Shown here piece after piece: positions 38,094-50,772 of a stretch of 64,000 nt of DNA. Origin of the DNA: Phoronis australis. Lineage: Eukaryota; Animalia; Phoronida. The translations under genes were made by a program, and so were the position numbers. Below the pieces are notes generated by a model that was given only the letters and a program-made list of their open reading frames with translations, was not told the DNA's origin and did no database searches. Location of the stretch: contig NMRA01000360.1 in the NCBI GenBank assembly GCA_002633005.1, forward strand, positions 127,065-191,064, in the 5' to 3' direction. Positions within the stretch are counted from its first letter, which is position 1; every line of letters begins with the position of its first letter.

Positions 38094-39049
38094 CCGCACG
38101 CCTGGTGTCCGATATTTAGGTTCTCCAAAGGTTTGCTAGTTGTGTTGTTTAAAGATCAGTCGGAACATAAATGTGTCTTTCGGTGACAAGATATAGTAAC
38201 ACAACAATTCGATAAAGGTAAGCCTTTATTTCAGAAAAGAATTTACAAAAATCCGTAGTATTTTCAATTAAATTTAATGCAAAATGTGCCAAAACGTCCG
38301 ATAATTAGGTCACTTGACTTTACGTAGTTACTACAGGTTTTGACTTAACGAACCTTGCTTAACAACAACAAACTTAATTCAATTTTATTATAGCAAATGT
38401 AGCCTCAACAGATTTCACTTAATTTTTTAACCAGGGTCAATTATGATTGAAGTATCACTTTAGTCAACTTACCTAACCGAAACAGCGAAAGTCCTTGGCA
38501 TAACTGCCACAACTTCGTACAGCCTTGCGCTGACTCTTCGTCAAAGTCAACGGAAGGGATCCATCCTCCAAAAACTTCTTAACGTCACTCTCACTGTACT
38601 TGCGATCATGTATCTTTGCAAAAGAACTTCTGGAATATTCGTGTTCGTAGCAGATAACGTCTCAACTGTCTCATTGTAGCGTAGAGTATTGCCCTGGGAA
38701 GATATTTCACGCTCTCAAAACCGGATACCACCCTGGCCAATCTGCGCATGCGCAAAGTCGGAGTGGGAAGAAATTTCACCGGGAAAAAATTTCACGCGAC
38801 ACCGGCAACACTGTACACAATCGGTTGTTAAACGATAGAGGTATACATTTCCCATAATGCAACTGCGGCGGCAAATTCAAGATGGCGGATTTGCACATTC
38901 GCTATTACTCGGTATACCGGGCAGCCCAGAGCTCTTCGCAATCGCATAGAATAACATTTGTACACGGGGGCGCTCAGTGAGTCTCCAGTATGTAAAGGAA
39001 TGGACGTCTGACGGTGTCTGTACTCTGGGGACCCTCCAAAAAAAACAAA

Positions 39050-39860
39050 GATTGAGCTCGACTATTCCACGTATACCTACCAAAACTGATTTCAGGTGAA
39101 CAAAAAAATACAGTCTGGAAAGGTCTCACCAGAAATTCAAACCTCACCCAAAATTGAGCGAGCTCAAACATTCGAGGTTCCGCAAAAACATTTCCATGTG
39201 ACCAGTACACACTCAACTGATCACTAAATTGCCTAGGCCAGACCGAAATGTGACTCACGATATGCTGATGAAATATGTGAGCTAGAAAGTATTCGAGGTT
39301 CCTACCAAAACTGATTTGAAACGAACAATCGTTCCACACTGAGCTTCGAATGACCCATGACACAAATTTTTCACTCTGGGGAAAGGTCCTCCTGAAACTC
39401 CCAAACGACCCCCAAAACTGAGTTGCCATCCAAGATAGCATAAAAAACAATTCCATATGATTCAGCATATGTTGCTTACACCCACTTTGCATTGACTGAA
39501 AAACATTTTGAGCTAGAAACTCCCCTCACAAAAAGAATGCTGTTGGAATTTTGAGCGAGATTAGGTATTCGAGCTATAGGACGAAACTGATTTAAATGAA
39601 CAAAGATGACACAGTGAGCATCGAATTACCCATGACAAAAAAATGCATTCTCAAACGGGCACGCCAGAGACGGAAAGGGATTTCCCATAACTAAGCTTGT
39701 TCATACATTTAAGGTACCACAGAAAGCAATGATTCAGTACTTGCCACGGTCTCTAAATTGCCAGTGCGCCACAAGAAATACCCTGAGTTGGATCCGGAAG
39801 AAACCCCAACAAATCTCACCGGCTGAATGCTGTTGAAATTGCGAGGCAAATTCTATAAAC
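39050..39860. repeat. Degenerate ~225-280-bp tandem repeat
   Basis: AAACTGATTT..GAACAA recurs at ~39082, ~39308 and ~39585, with shared downstream motifs. Confidence 0.55.
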
Positions 39861-39929
39861 GATTTTAAACACACTGCTGTATCAAACAGATCAAGGAATG
39901 GCCATAGATACTGGAATGGCGGAGCTATG

Positions 39930-40152
39930 CAGGCGCACACCCAGCCTAAAAAATGGGGGCTCGACTTTTTGAGAATTTGGACCTTTTACTTAGATTCACG
40001 GGGTACGTTCAGAGCTATGAATTGTGCATTCGCTGAATTTTGGTAGTTCCTGCCTTTTTAGTAGACTTTCATCTCGTTTTCTTCTTTTTTCGGTGTTTTT
40101 GTTTTTATGAGCCGGACCGTTTTGCCCACTTCGCCCCCTACGTGTGTGCATT
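39930..40152. mobile_element. MITE, 5-bp-TSD family
   Basis: Homologous to 2827-3084; flanks CTATG and CTAAG (4/5 match). Confidence 0.7.
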
Positions 40153-40664
40153 CTAAGTCTACTTGACATGACCGTGCATGTGGAAAAAATGATAATTCGC
40201 TTTGTCTACTGAAGTGGACAAGATTCTCAAATTATACTAGACTATCCCAGTCACATTTGCCTCTGTGGGATTCAGCTGAAATCGCGGGCGCACGTTGACG
40301 TCAATTAAGAAAAAACGTGGAATTATATTCAAGGTTTAATATAGCTGAAAATATACTCCCTACCTGGAATTTTCTAAGTAAAACGATATTTTCTAATCAA
40401 ATTGACATGACTTGTGCACGTTTCTATTCGTATACAAACGTTTCATTGGTGATGATCTGATTGTTATCATAAATATGCTCAGAGACAAGCTGAGTTAGAG
40501 CAGACGTCGACAGATGATGTCATTAGTCGAAAATCTGTCAAGATTCAAACTTCGTTGAAAACACGAGTAAACTTTTATTTGAAAACTTGATACAGAATCG
40601 CTCGTAGTGTCGAAAGAATCTCCTTTCTTCGGGTGTGCAGCTATGCAGCAAAACACCAAGAGAC

Positions 40665-40990
40665 ATAACAAGCAAACAAATTAAAACACGAGTTATATTT
40701 CGAGACTACGTGTCTCATCATCAGGCTATAAGTGAAATGAACAAATACGAAGCGAAATGAACAGTGAAATACACGTGACAGAAGGAAGGGGGCATACAAG
40801 CAGAGAGTGTGAAGGTATCACACGGTAGGAAGCCCAAAAGCCTAAAGAAACAGAGCCAGCGTGCGGTACACACCTGTGAGCTGCTCATTCAACACAGGTC
40901 TTTCGTGACTGATCTTTACCGATTCCAAAATCCTTAACCGAAATGTTTCATTTTCAGCATAGCGAATAGTGGTATTGTCTACTAATATTT
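40665..40990 (-). mobile_element. Penelope-like element 3' fragment with hammerhead-like motif
   Basis: Frame DNTTIRYAENETFRLRILESVKISHERPVLNEQL (GIY-YIG C-terminal motif), followed by CTGATGA-T-GAGAC-ACGTA-GTCTC-GAAATATA at 40724-40694. Confidence 0.7.
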
Positions 40991-41789
40991 ATTGGAGAGA
41001 GAACACAAGAAATAGATTAAATTGAAAAAACAGTAAACCAATTTAACTTTGGTATCCAGCACACCAAAAATTGTATCTGATTCATATAAGCTTCAAACAT
41101 ACAAATATTTCGATCTGCTTCTTCATGTCTCAAAATTTTAGTCCCGATGACCGAAAATGTTTCGAAGAAAAATCTAGTTCTGAGAACAACTGAGGTCTTT
41201 ATGAAACATTTCCTTAAAAGTTTCTATAGCGAAGCAAAAACAGGTTTATCAAATTATTATTGGAACCAAGAGAACCCCCCTCCCGGAAAACAGGTGGCAC
41301 TCAAAATAACCGGCACAGAAACATATCTTACTACAAAAATAAAACAAAACCAAAAACGTTGGCTTCGAAAAGGAGGCAGTATATACGCGAAGCAAATACA
41401 CAAGATGGAACACAGGCGAAACTCTCGATTGTTGACAGGAAAATTGATATATATTACACGGAGTGATATATTTACTTCAGAATGTCACCAGAATTCAAAT
41501 TTGAATGCGATTTTGTCATAAGCGCGTAATTGCACTCTAACGGCTTTCAGGAAAAATGCATTCACTTGGGGCGCGTTCCTACTATGGAACCCTCAAAAGT
41601 GCTGACCGCAAGCTCGACGCATAGATATCGGTAAATAGGTGTATCCATTGTTCACTTTGTTTTTCTTTCTTAAAAGATAATGGCAACACAATTTGCTTTC
41701 TACAGTGGCTTCTTGTTGGATGACAGTTCGTAAACAGTTCGTCGAAACGCTCTCTTCGTTGCAGGCTATCACTACATATTCCACAGGGT

Positions 41790-42060
41790 TCACTAGTTGT
41801 TCTGTGTTTACGTTAAAGACCTTCATCTGGCAGACATCCGGCTGACAGAAGAAACTTGTATTGGTGGAACTTAGGTCCCATGGGAAGGAGCGATTGAGGC
41901 AACATTTGAAATGAACACGGCGAAGTATGCTGATCTGGAACAACCAGTCCAAGCCAAAGGTTGGTCTGCATGTACTTTCCCTGTCGACTGGCGCAAGAGG
42001 GTTGCCTGGTCGACGACTGACATCATTAGTATGGGCAGCAAAAAGGTTCAAAATAGACAA
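41790..42060 (+). mobile_element. Restriction-like endonuclease domain remnant of an R2-group (HERO-like) retrotransposon
   Basis: Frameshifted KKLVLVEL/VPWEGAIEATFEMNTAKYADLEQ...GWSACTFPVD/GARG. Confidence 0.7.
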
Positions 42061-43339
42061 AACTGCCAAATAAACAAGTTAGTTTTCAAGCAGACAGGTT
42101 ATTTGGTTCAGTTTTGGCAAACCGACATACTGGGTGTAATTGGGCAATACTTGCATACATTTGTTTTTACCAATTAGTATTTTACAAGAAAATATGTCTA
42201 TGATTATTGTAGAAATTGCTTTCATATTGTTGTTGATTTCCTGTGAGAGACTGTTATACTATCAATCAGTCCGAAATACATTGTCTATGATTCAGTGATG
42301 ATTCAGTCTAATACATTCGAAAAGTAATTTGTAGGAAATGTTCAATGGATTTGTAATGTTGGTTTCCCTTAAGCAATATTTTACATATTTTTGTGGAACC
42401 AATTTTGAGGTATGTGTGATAAAAGATTAATATTATAATAAAAATGCTATTATATTGCTGTTGATTTCCTGTGTAAATCACTACAGTGTGTAGTTGAAGT
42501 GACGTTAAAGACAGCATGTTAACTACGTTTTGAGAAAATCACAGTATAGTCCATGTATTATAACTGTCTCAATCTTTTCAATGTCACATTAAACTGGAGA
42601 TCCTGAACTGAAGATACACGGTGAACTTAGAACCAAGTCTACAAAACAGGAGAGTCAAACACAACGTATACGTTCAAGCCACAGGTCAATCTGTTCATCT
42701 CTGCATCGATGTTATCAGTAAAACATCAAGTAAAATCCCACCCGTTTTATCAGCACACCAGTTTACACAACTGCTGGCAATTTTTAAATCCCAGACGTTC
42801 ATGAGCGGAAATCTTTGAATTGTCTCGTGAATGGTGTTCCCTCAGCACTCCTCTCTCTCCCCATGAGCAAGCTCATCATAACTCTTTGACTTCACTGGGT
42901 ATTTGTTTTTTTCCTTTTGCTGTAATAATTTTGCAAGAAGATTTGACACTGACTTTCATCTGCTGCAACAATTTGTTTACTTCTGGCTGACACGCCACAT
43001 GGAACATCTCCTGGGAGAGTCTTCTTGTTCCCAGTGGTTTCGTCTAAAATTAGATGTGTGTATTTCAAAACCTTGGTAGGGTGTACCTTCGGGCGTCGTG
43101 GGAAACATGTTCGTTGAAGCTCGCCTCACAATAACATCGAACTTGTTTCCTGAAATGGAAATAAATTCATTTGTGAAAATATCTATAACTAAAATAGTAT
43201 GCTTCCGCCGCTGTTCAGTTCTGACTGTCAGTACATAGCTTCTCCCACAACAAGACTAGTGCAGTGCTTTCACGCGGCAACACATGGAATGGGTTTACAC
43301 AGACTAAACTGAGAGGGGTCGGGTTGGCGAAGGGGGTTT

Positions 43340-46260
43340 TCTGTCGTTAGTAGCCGCTGTTGTTTTCGAACGATATGAGATGCCGAAAACTCCGTTGGAA
43401 CCATTTTCTGTTCTCGGGAGATTGACCAGTGGCTCTAGAGTAGGAGACCTCTTTCACCCAATCATCCCCTTTCAGGCACCTGGTCAGGAATATCTTGACT
43501 TTGACTTCGGGTCCCATTGATACCGTCTTGTCTCCGGCCAGGTGACACGGGAACCCTTGACAACTGATACCCTGGTTCTTGAGTTTTAAGCCAGTTGCGG
43601 CTGGTGGTAGACAACACAGAACTTTACGTATCAAGAAACCTTGGGCAAACCGCGGTGCACGGAGTAGCGTCTCGTGCACTAAGGGACAAGCCTCCACACG
43701 TTTAGCCTGGGGAGGTTGTGAGGCTCTGACACTTGGGGGTAGACATACCGAATCTGAGAAGTCCATCTGTAGTAGAAACCCTTTCTCTGGGGGGTCATAT
43801 GCTTGCATGATGAAACCAGTGTAGGGAGCTGCTGAAACCAGTACCAGACCCTATAGGTTTGCGGATACAGGAAAGCTTTTGGCTGGGCCTTGTTGCCCCC
43901 CTATGGTCAGGGTACATGCGGATGCAGACCTGAATCATAACCTATATTTGTTGCATAGATCCGCAGCGAAAACCAAAGTCAGTCGTAGACCAGCTTGTAT
44001 CCACAAGACTGGGCTGAAGCTAGGGTAGTCTTCATTCCTAAGCCTGGAGAAAAATCATACCTTTCGGCTGAATCATTTAGGCCTATAACCTTAACATCCT
44101 TCCTCCTTGGAAAGGCTTATTTTGTGGCATCTTGATAAACAAGGCATACAGAACAAACTTCAGAACAACCGGTATGCTTATAGAACAAGCTTCTCTACGA
44201 AGACTGCTCTACACCATCTGGTTTCTAGACTGGAAAGAGGGCTGTTTTTGATAAACAATTTACCCTCTGAGCCTTCACTGATCTTGTTGGTGCTTTCAGC
44301 AATATTAAGCATGACGCGATCCGAGTAGCACTAAACACCTTAAGGTGAATAGGTGTCTTATCAGGTGGATCATTAACATGCTCGGAAGTCAATCTGTGAC
44401 TGCTTGTCTAGAGGATTAAGTGTGGCGGTTCGTATCACCAGAGGAACATCTCAGGGCGGCGCTGCATCACCCACCCTCTTTAACATGGTTATGGATGGTC
44501 TGCTTCGACAATTATCGACTGACATGTTGTATGTTCAAGCCCATGCATATGATGTTCTTCTCAGTGTGTGTAACATCGATCCTGACACATGCCGTTATCT
44601 TGCTCAAAAAGCACTGAATACAGTATCCATATGGGCTAGGTCAGTTGGCTGAGAAATTTGTGGTAGCAAAACAAATGTTCACCTGGAAGCTTTTAATGCT
44701 GAATGGTAAACATCTTGATCTTGTAGACAAGGCGACTTATCTAGGTGTCATTTTACACCATCGTCTTTCCTGGACCCCGCATATTACAGAAAAAATCTCG
44801 AAAGCCAAAACTGCACAGGTGAGTTGCAGTCGTGCGGTGAGTAAAACCTGAGGAATGTCTCCCAAAAATACATTCTGGATTTATACAGCTGTTATCCGAC
44901 CTATGATGTCCTATGCTGCGTCAGTATGGGTAACAGCGTTGAAATAGATTACAATTATCAACAAACTTAATCAGCTTCAACGTCTAGCTTGTTTGTGCAT
45001 AACCTCTGCATTTCCAGGGACGCCTTCTGCAGTCCTAGAAATGCTAATTGGTCTACCACCACTTGAGGGTGAAGCTGGATTGCTGCACCTCGTCTCAGAT
45101 ATAATGGTCAGTGGGTGAAAACTCACATCTCTGATTCCGTTGCACACATAAGCCACAGGAATGTTTGCAATAAGCTAATGGCCAAGACTGGGCAACTATG
45201 GAAAATGCCTAGTGATGTCCAGGTCGCAGCTTTAAATCATATAAACAATTTCTTCACGGAAATTGGTGATGGATGGCCTACCACAGAACAGGAATGAGGT
45301 GGTTTGTAATACGGATGGCTCTAAACTGGAAAATGGCCCGACAGGTGCTGGAGTCTATTTTCTAAGCTTTCCTGTTGCAGATACAGGAAGCTGGGTATCG
45401 CTAGGTAATCTTGCCACGGTGTTCCAGGCTGAGATCATTGCAATTTATAGAGCTGCTCAACTGGCACGACAATATAATACCGAGCTGGGCAATCAGTCAA
45501 TTACCATCTTTTCAGAGAGCCAGACAGCAATAAAAAGCCCTAAAGAAACCTAGGGTCAACTCTCATTGTGTAAATGCTTGTATTAATGAGCTTAACAAGC
45601 TTGCAATTGGAAGAACCGTCATTATACACTGGCCCATGTGGGAATTGACGGCAATGAGAATGCAGACAGACCCGCAAAAATAGGAGCAAGCGTTCTGCAT
45701 TGTGTGCTTGAGCCTGCTATCCCAGTATTTTACGGATGCTGCAGGATGAGTATACGTGGGTAGATACCCAGTCAGGAGCCCAGTGGGCATCCCTCAACTT
45801 CTGCAGAGACACCAAGGAGAATTTTCTCAACGTGATCAAACCAAAAGGTTCAAAAAACCTTCTGAGTCTAGATAGGTTGGGCATACGACGCGTCATTCAA
45901 AGTTTGAGGGGCACTGAAACCTAGCCCGACACAGACATATTACTAGTCATATGGGGAGCCCAGTGTGTCCCGAGTGTTGTACTGACTTTGAAACCCCTAA
46001 ACACCTGGTAGAGTCTTACCCAGCTTTCATATGCTAAGGAGGAACCTAGTGGATGGCACTGTTACATGACTACAACACATAGTGCATGGCAACAAATGGA
46101 AATGTGTGTCTGTTTTCTTAAAGGAGACGGGCAGACTTCCTTCACGAAGAACCATAATGGGGCTCTCGTGCTTTAGTTCAGGTGTTTTATGCAATGGTCC
46201 CAACCATGAGGCCTGCGCACGTATGATGCACCGCAAATGACATCAGGCCACCTGCACTGT
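43340..46260 (+). mobile_element. Decayed LOA/R1-group non-LTR retrotransposon with RT and RNase H
   Basis: VVFIPKPG..FRPITLTSFL (44025), GTSQGGAASPTLFN, YLGVILHHRLSW, RNase H NTDGSK...GAGVY...LGNLATVFQAEI, and C-terminal CPECC..ETPKHL. There are many stops and frameshifts, and the APE domain is not seen. Confidence 0.88.
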
Positions 46261-48222
46261 TTTTTTAGGCCATCAGCTCGGCTGTATAGAATCGTCCTCA
46301 TACAACAATAGCGGGAAGTACCATCGTTATGTCATAGTCTTTCAAACACGGATATTGTCGATTGACACACAATGTTGACTACAGCACAAAAAGCAGTTCT
46401 GTACGCAACCCTCGAATCAGATGCCTTCAGAGACAAGCTACAGCACCTGATTCTGGACGTAATTTGAATAATTCTCGAAGAATCTGTGAACAAAATCTAG
46501 GACATATTTGATGAAATTTTGTCCAGAAAAAAACGAGCAAATTGTCCACCTAAACTCTGAAGTGTCACAGCTTCGCAAAAAATCTATTCTCGATGAAAAA
46601 CAAATGCGAGCCTAACAACCAAATTAGATGATTCCCGTGGGAACTATTTACTGATTACTGGCGTCAAGAAAACCGAAAATGACAATACAGCATGTAATGT
46701 ATATTTTTCGCAAACTTAAGCTAGACAACGTCATCACGGAAAAAGACCTGGACCGCACACACCGACTTAGAGACAGAATTGTTGTTAAATTCACCACCTA
46801 CAATGAGCGGCAAGCATTTTTTAAATAAAAGAAAAGAACTATTATTAAAATCTCTTGGCCTCTTTACACCGACCTCTGGTCTATTTACACTGTCACGACG
46901 TTTCGGTCGGCCAATTCTCCGGCCATCGTCACTACCTAAGACACCAGAAACGGGTCACAACAGTTAAAATCAGTCAAATCAAGCACCATCTTGAAACCAT
47001 GCTCAGTGTAGAGGACTATCAACGGTTGGAAAATGCAGCTTCGGGATCAAGAGACAATTACTACAAACAGATCAAACAACGTCAGGTCCTGAAATTCAAC
47101 AAGCTGAAAAGAGAACAACAACCTAGTGAAGGACCACATATTCAAGGTGTGGTTGTGAATAAATCAAGCAGAGAACTGACAGTTGCCGAATCTCAACTTC
47201 TGTCCAAAGGTCTGAACTATGCCATCCGACCAAAAAGAATGCCAACAATGGATACTGTAGCCAGCACTGAAGCAGCCACCACCACGCTACTAACTGCTGA
47301 CAGGGAAACCATACGTGTTAGGTGTAGAGAAACACTCACCAAAGCCAAAATGCCAAGAAATAACTTAAACACGAATGAAGAGATGGCCCTACATAGCCTA
47401 TCACGGGATGAAAACATCATCATCCTACAAGCTGACAAAGGCAATGCAACAGTAGTACTTAATAAGGATGACTACAACAGGAAGATGACTGACCTACTAT
47501 CTTGTGGGCAGTATAAGGAAGTAAAATCTGACAAGACCAAGAGCGTGGAAAGGAAGATCTAATCACTCCTGAAAACTGTAGAAGGCTCATTACCACGTGA
47601 CACACTCAAGAGAATCACCCAAACAACACAGAAGCCCCGCACATGTATGGTAAACCTAATATACACAAACCTGATATGCCAATGAGACCAATTATAAGCT
47701 TAACATTTGGTTCTCCCTGCCACCAACTAGCTAGATTCCTCAACGACATCATATCCCCACTAGTTGTAAAAACTGACTCGTACGTAAAGGACTCTAAGCA
47801 CTTCGTGTCAATGTTGTCATCAGTCAGCATTACACGAAATGACACCATGATGAGCTTTGATGTCGAAAGCCTATTCACAAGTGTATCAACATCAGAGATT
47901 CTCCCATTACTCACGTCAAAATTAGAACACGACCACAAACCATCTAAGGATCCAAACCTCCCAATAGGCTCCATTCTGGAATTAGTGACATTCTGTGTCA
48001 ATACCACCTACTTCCAGTACCAAGACAAGTTCTACGAGCTGACACAAGGAATGCCAATGGATTCACCACTATCACCAGTCGTAGCTAACTTGAACATGGA
48101 GTGGTTCGAACGAACAGTTCTCAGCTCAGCTAACAGACCCCCCGAAGATATGGAAACGATACATTGATGACACGTTCACAATTTTCAGCCAATACTCAGA
48201 AAATCCATCAGAGTTCCTTGAC

Positions 48223-48457
48223 CAGTGGCGGATTTGGGGGGGGCTAAGGGGGTCGGGGTCTGAACAAACAGTTCATAGGCCCTGAACAAACCCCGTTTAC
48301 CGTTTTCTTCTTTTTTTAGTCAAAAGGTCCGCAAACCCAAAAATTCGAGACCCATGCACCCCTACATTTTAGGCTGGGCTCGCGCATCTGCCGAAATTCT
48401 GGTTATTCGTGTGCCCTTCCCCCCTCCCCCCAACTCAAAATCCTGGATCCGCCCCTG
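48223..48457. mobile_element. MITE with 5-bp TSD inserted in the Penelope RT
   Basis: Termini CAGTGGCGGAT / ATCCGCCCCTG with TSD TTGAC. Removing the element and one TSD restores EFLDHPNS. Confidence 0.88.
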
Positions 48458-48872
48458 TTGACCATCCGAACAGCATGACGCCTACAATTAGATTCACAAT
48501 AGAAGAAGAGACAAATAAATCTCCCATTTCTAGACGTACTAGTGAGTCGTGTTGAAGGACATTTAACAACGTCAGCCTACTATAAGAACCACACAGAACG
48601 ATACCTCGACTTCAACTTCAACCACACCAAAGGAGTCAAGAAGGGTATAATCAAATGCCTTGCATCAAGATCAAAAGAAATCTGCAGTGATACAGCACTC
48701 CAAGCAGAAATGACTAACATGACGGAGACGTTCGAAAGAAATGGCTACTCAAGGGATTTCATCAAGTCGGCTTTAACATCGCAGAGAAAAGAGAAAGTGG
48801 CAGAAGAACGCCCACTGCAGACTATGCTTACCATATATACCTGGAATAACCGAGAAGCTAGGACGCATATAT

Positions 48873-49569
48873 ATAGGTTATACAACGTACGTGTTTGTAC
48901 CAGCGGTTATTATATCCCAAGTTCAAAATTAATACTTTTGCATATCACGAATAGAGATATAATAACACACTGGTACAAACACAGACCACCCTCTGCGAAC
49001 GCATACACAGAAATATTGACTGATCATTTAAAAAATATTGTTCGTAATCAAGCTCACACTATCAAAGAGTTTATTGTTACTGGTGATTTTAATTTTAATT
49101 ATAATGCATTGTGGGTAAGATTAAGGCACGAGAACGAGAGTTGGGTATGCAGAATATTATTAACGTGCCCACAAGGGTTACCGACAAAACTTCCACATGC
49201 CTTGATCTTATTCTTGTATCAAACGTTGACAAAGTTTTTACATTTGATAGTGTACCCATTGGGATTAGTGATCATAATCTTGTATTCGTAAATACTCTCA
49301 CTGTCTAGAGTCATCTCTTAATTTATTTCATCTGTCTTAGTTTAAATTTTACCATTATTTGTCATTTAGTTATTGTCTTAATTCTCAACCTGTTTTAATT
49401 GTATCTTTGTTACGTATATTTCATTGTTGTTTTATTACTTCATTGTATTATATTACTGTTTTTCTTGTTGAAGGCCCTCTTGGAAAGCAATGCTGAAGAG
49501 GCCACCCTCATTTTAAATATCACAATAACAAATAAATAAATAAACAAACACGTACGTTGTATAACCTAT
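48873..49569. mobile_element. Element with perfect 25-bp inverted repeats enclosing a LINE (APE fragment plus 3' tail)
   Basis: ATAGGTTATACAACGTACGTGTTTG / CAAACACGTACGTTGTATAACCTAT. Inside are HRPPS..TGDFN..PTRVT..LDLIL..SDHNLV and a (TAAA)n tail whose 3' region recurs inverted at 55682-55759. Confidence 0.7.
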
Positions 49570-49572
49570 TTA

Positions 49573-50553
49573 TCCTATACGCTCCACTGAGGATTCTTTA
49601 AAGAAGCGGGCTTACACAGATTGCTCCGCTTGTCTTGGTGTCGTTTGCCATCTTTTATCAATGATGATCGCAGATCGCGTGACACGTATACGTGCACGCA
49701 ACATTTTTATGAATGAATTTTTGCAGCCTGCATGACACGGCAGTCAAGTTGTATTTCACAGCAGCTACAGGCTTGGGGTGCATATCTGTTATTTTCATTA
49801 TTTCCATCAGAGATTGATCTAAATCTCTTCCTAAGTTGAAATTTGCTTACGTTTCTGACGATTTTTCTTGACTTCGTTGAATAATATCTGTGCAGGACAC
49901 CCAGACGTTGTGGCTGATGCACGTTCAGACGCTTCTTAAAATGCTCCTTGCGTGCGGTTCTTATCATTTTTAGGTTGAAGGTATTCCGAAAATTATCATA
50001 AAGTTGACAAAAATACCCTATTTACTGCAGTTGCATTTTTGCTTTTGGGCTTGACGTATTTTGATTGTTTTGAGAACGAATTTAAAAAGTGACTCATATT
50101 TGACCGTAAAAAAACCCAAGTAGTGTATTGCAATAGTTGACCAAAAGGTGACATGCATTGGTAATGCTTATCACCTTTTGCATTCCTAATCCTAAACATA
50201 TTGTGGCAAATTCGAGACTTTTCGTGATTTAAGTATTCTGCTCAGGTGCAAAATTTCGAGGTATATTAAGAAAATTTGTCAACAATATTCTTACTTCACT
50301 TTTTTGTTTAGTTTTGAAAACGCATATCATAGTATTGGCATGTGAAAATATTGCGCAAGGAGCTAAACCCAAATTGATGGTTTATATAGAATCATGTTTT
50401 ATCAATTACTGTGTAGTGTGTGCTCAGTTGGGGATTTTGGCGAGAAAGGAGGCATCCGTATTCAACGCGCGTTGAATACGGAAAAGTAGTTCTTCCATGT
50501 AAAACTTCACCATACGACCCGTATTATATGGCCATACCATCACGCGTATAGGA
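49573..50553. mobile_element. MITE with TCCTATACGC termini and TA flanks
   Basis: TA|TCCTATACGC ... GCGTATAGGA|TA. Confidence 0.6.
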
Positions 50554-50641
50554 TAAGCAAAGAATTTAACATAAGAACAGTATACCGCAGCTCAGACACG
50601 CTGGGTCGGCGACTGACAAAAGTCAAACCTAGAACTGACAT

Positions 50642-50772
50642 GGGGAAATACATAAAACGTACCGAGAGTGGCGTACTTGAAGTAATATCCCACTCGACTT
50701 CGATACGCTGAAGAAGGTCGAGTGGGATATTACTTCATGTACGCCAATCGAGTTACGTTTTGTATTTATCCC
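50642..50772. repeat. ~130-bp long hairpin/palindrome
   Basis: TGGCGTACTTGAAGTAATATCCCACTCGAC / GTCGAGTGGGATATTACTTCATGTACGCCA, plus outer arms. Confidence 0.85.

Larger units (their letters stand above)
37084..38324. mobile_element. Tc1/mariner-like non-autonomous element nested in the Ginger-like element
   Basis: Inverted motif AAGTG(T)ACCTAATTATCGGACG at 37091 and 38295-38315, with subterminal copies at 37116 and 38106, and TA flanks. Confidence 0.55.
35803..38805 (-). mobile_element. Ginger1-like non-autonomous DNA transposon
   Basis: The ~70-bp TIRs are CCGGTGTCACGTAAAATTTC... and ...AAATTTCACGCGACACCGG, i.e. TGT...ACA inside CCGG, flanked by CAACAC on both sides. An exon-like remnant at 38610-38473 reads SDVKKFLEDGSLPLTLTKSQRKAVRSCGSYAKDFRCFG with a GTAAGT donor, resembling the GIN1/Ginger N-terminus. 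Confidence 0.7.

Noticed and set aside
42720-43150. Exon-like minus-strand block after a TTTCAG acceptor
   Set aside because: Stops occur in all frames and no domain is identifiable.
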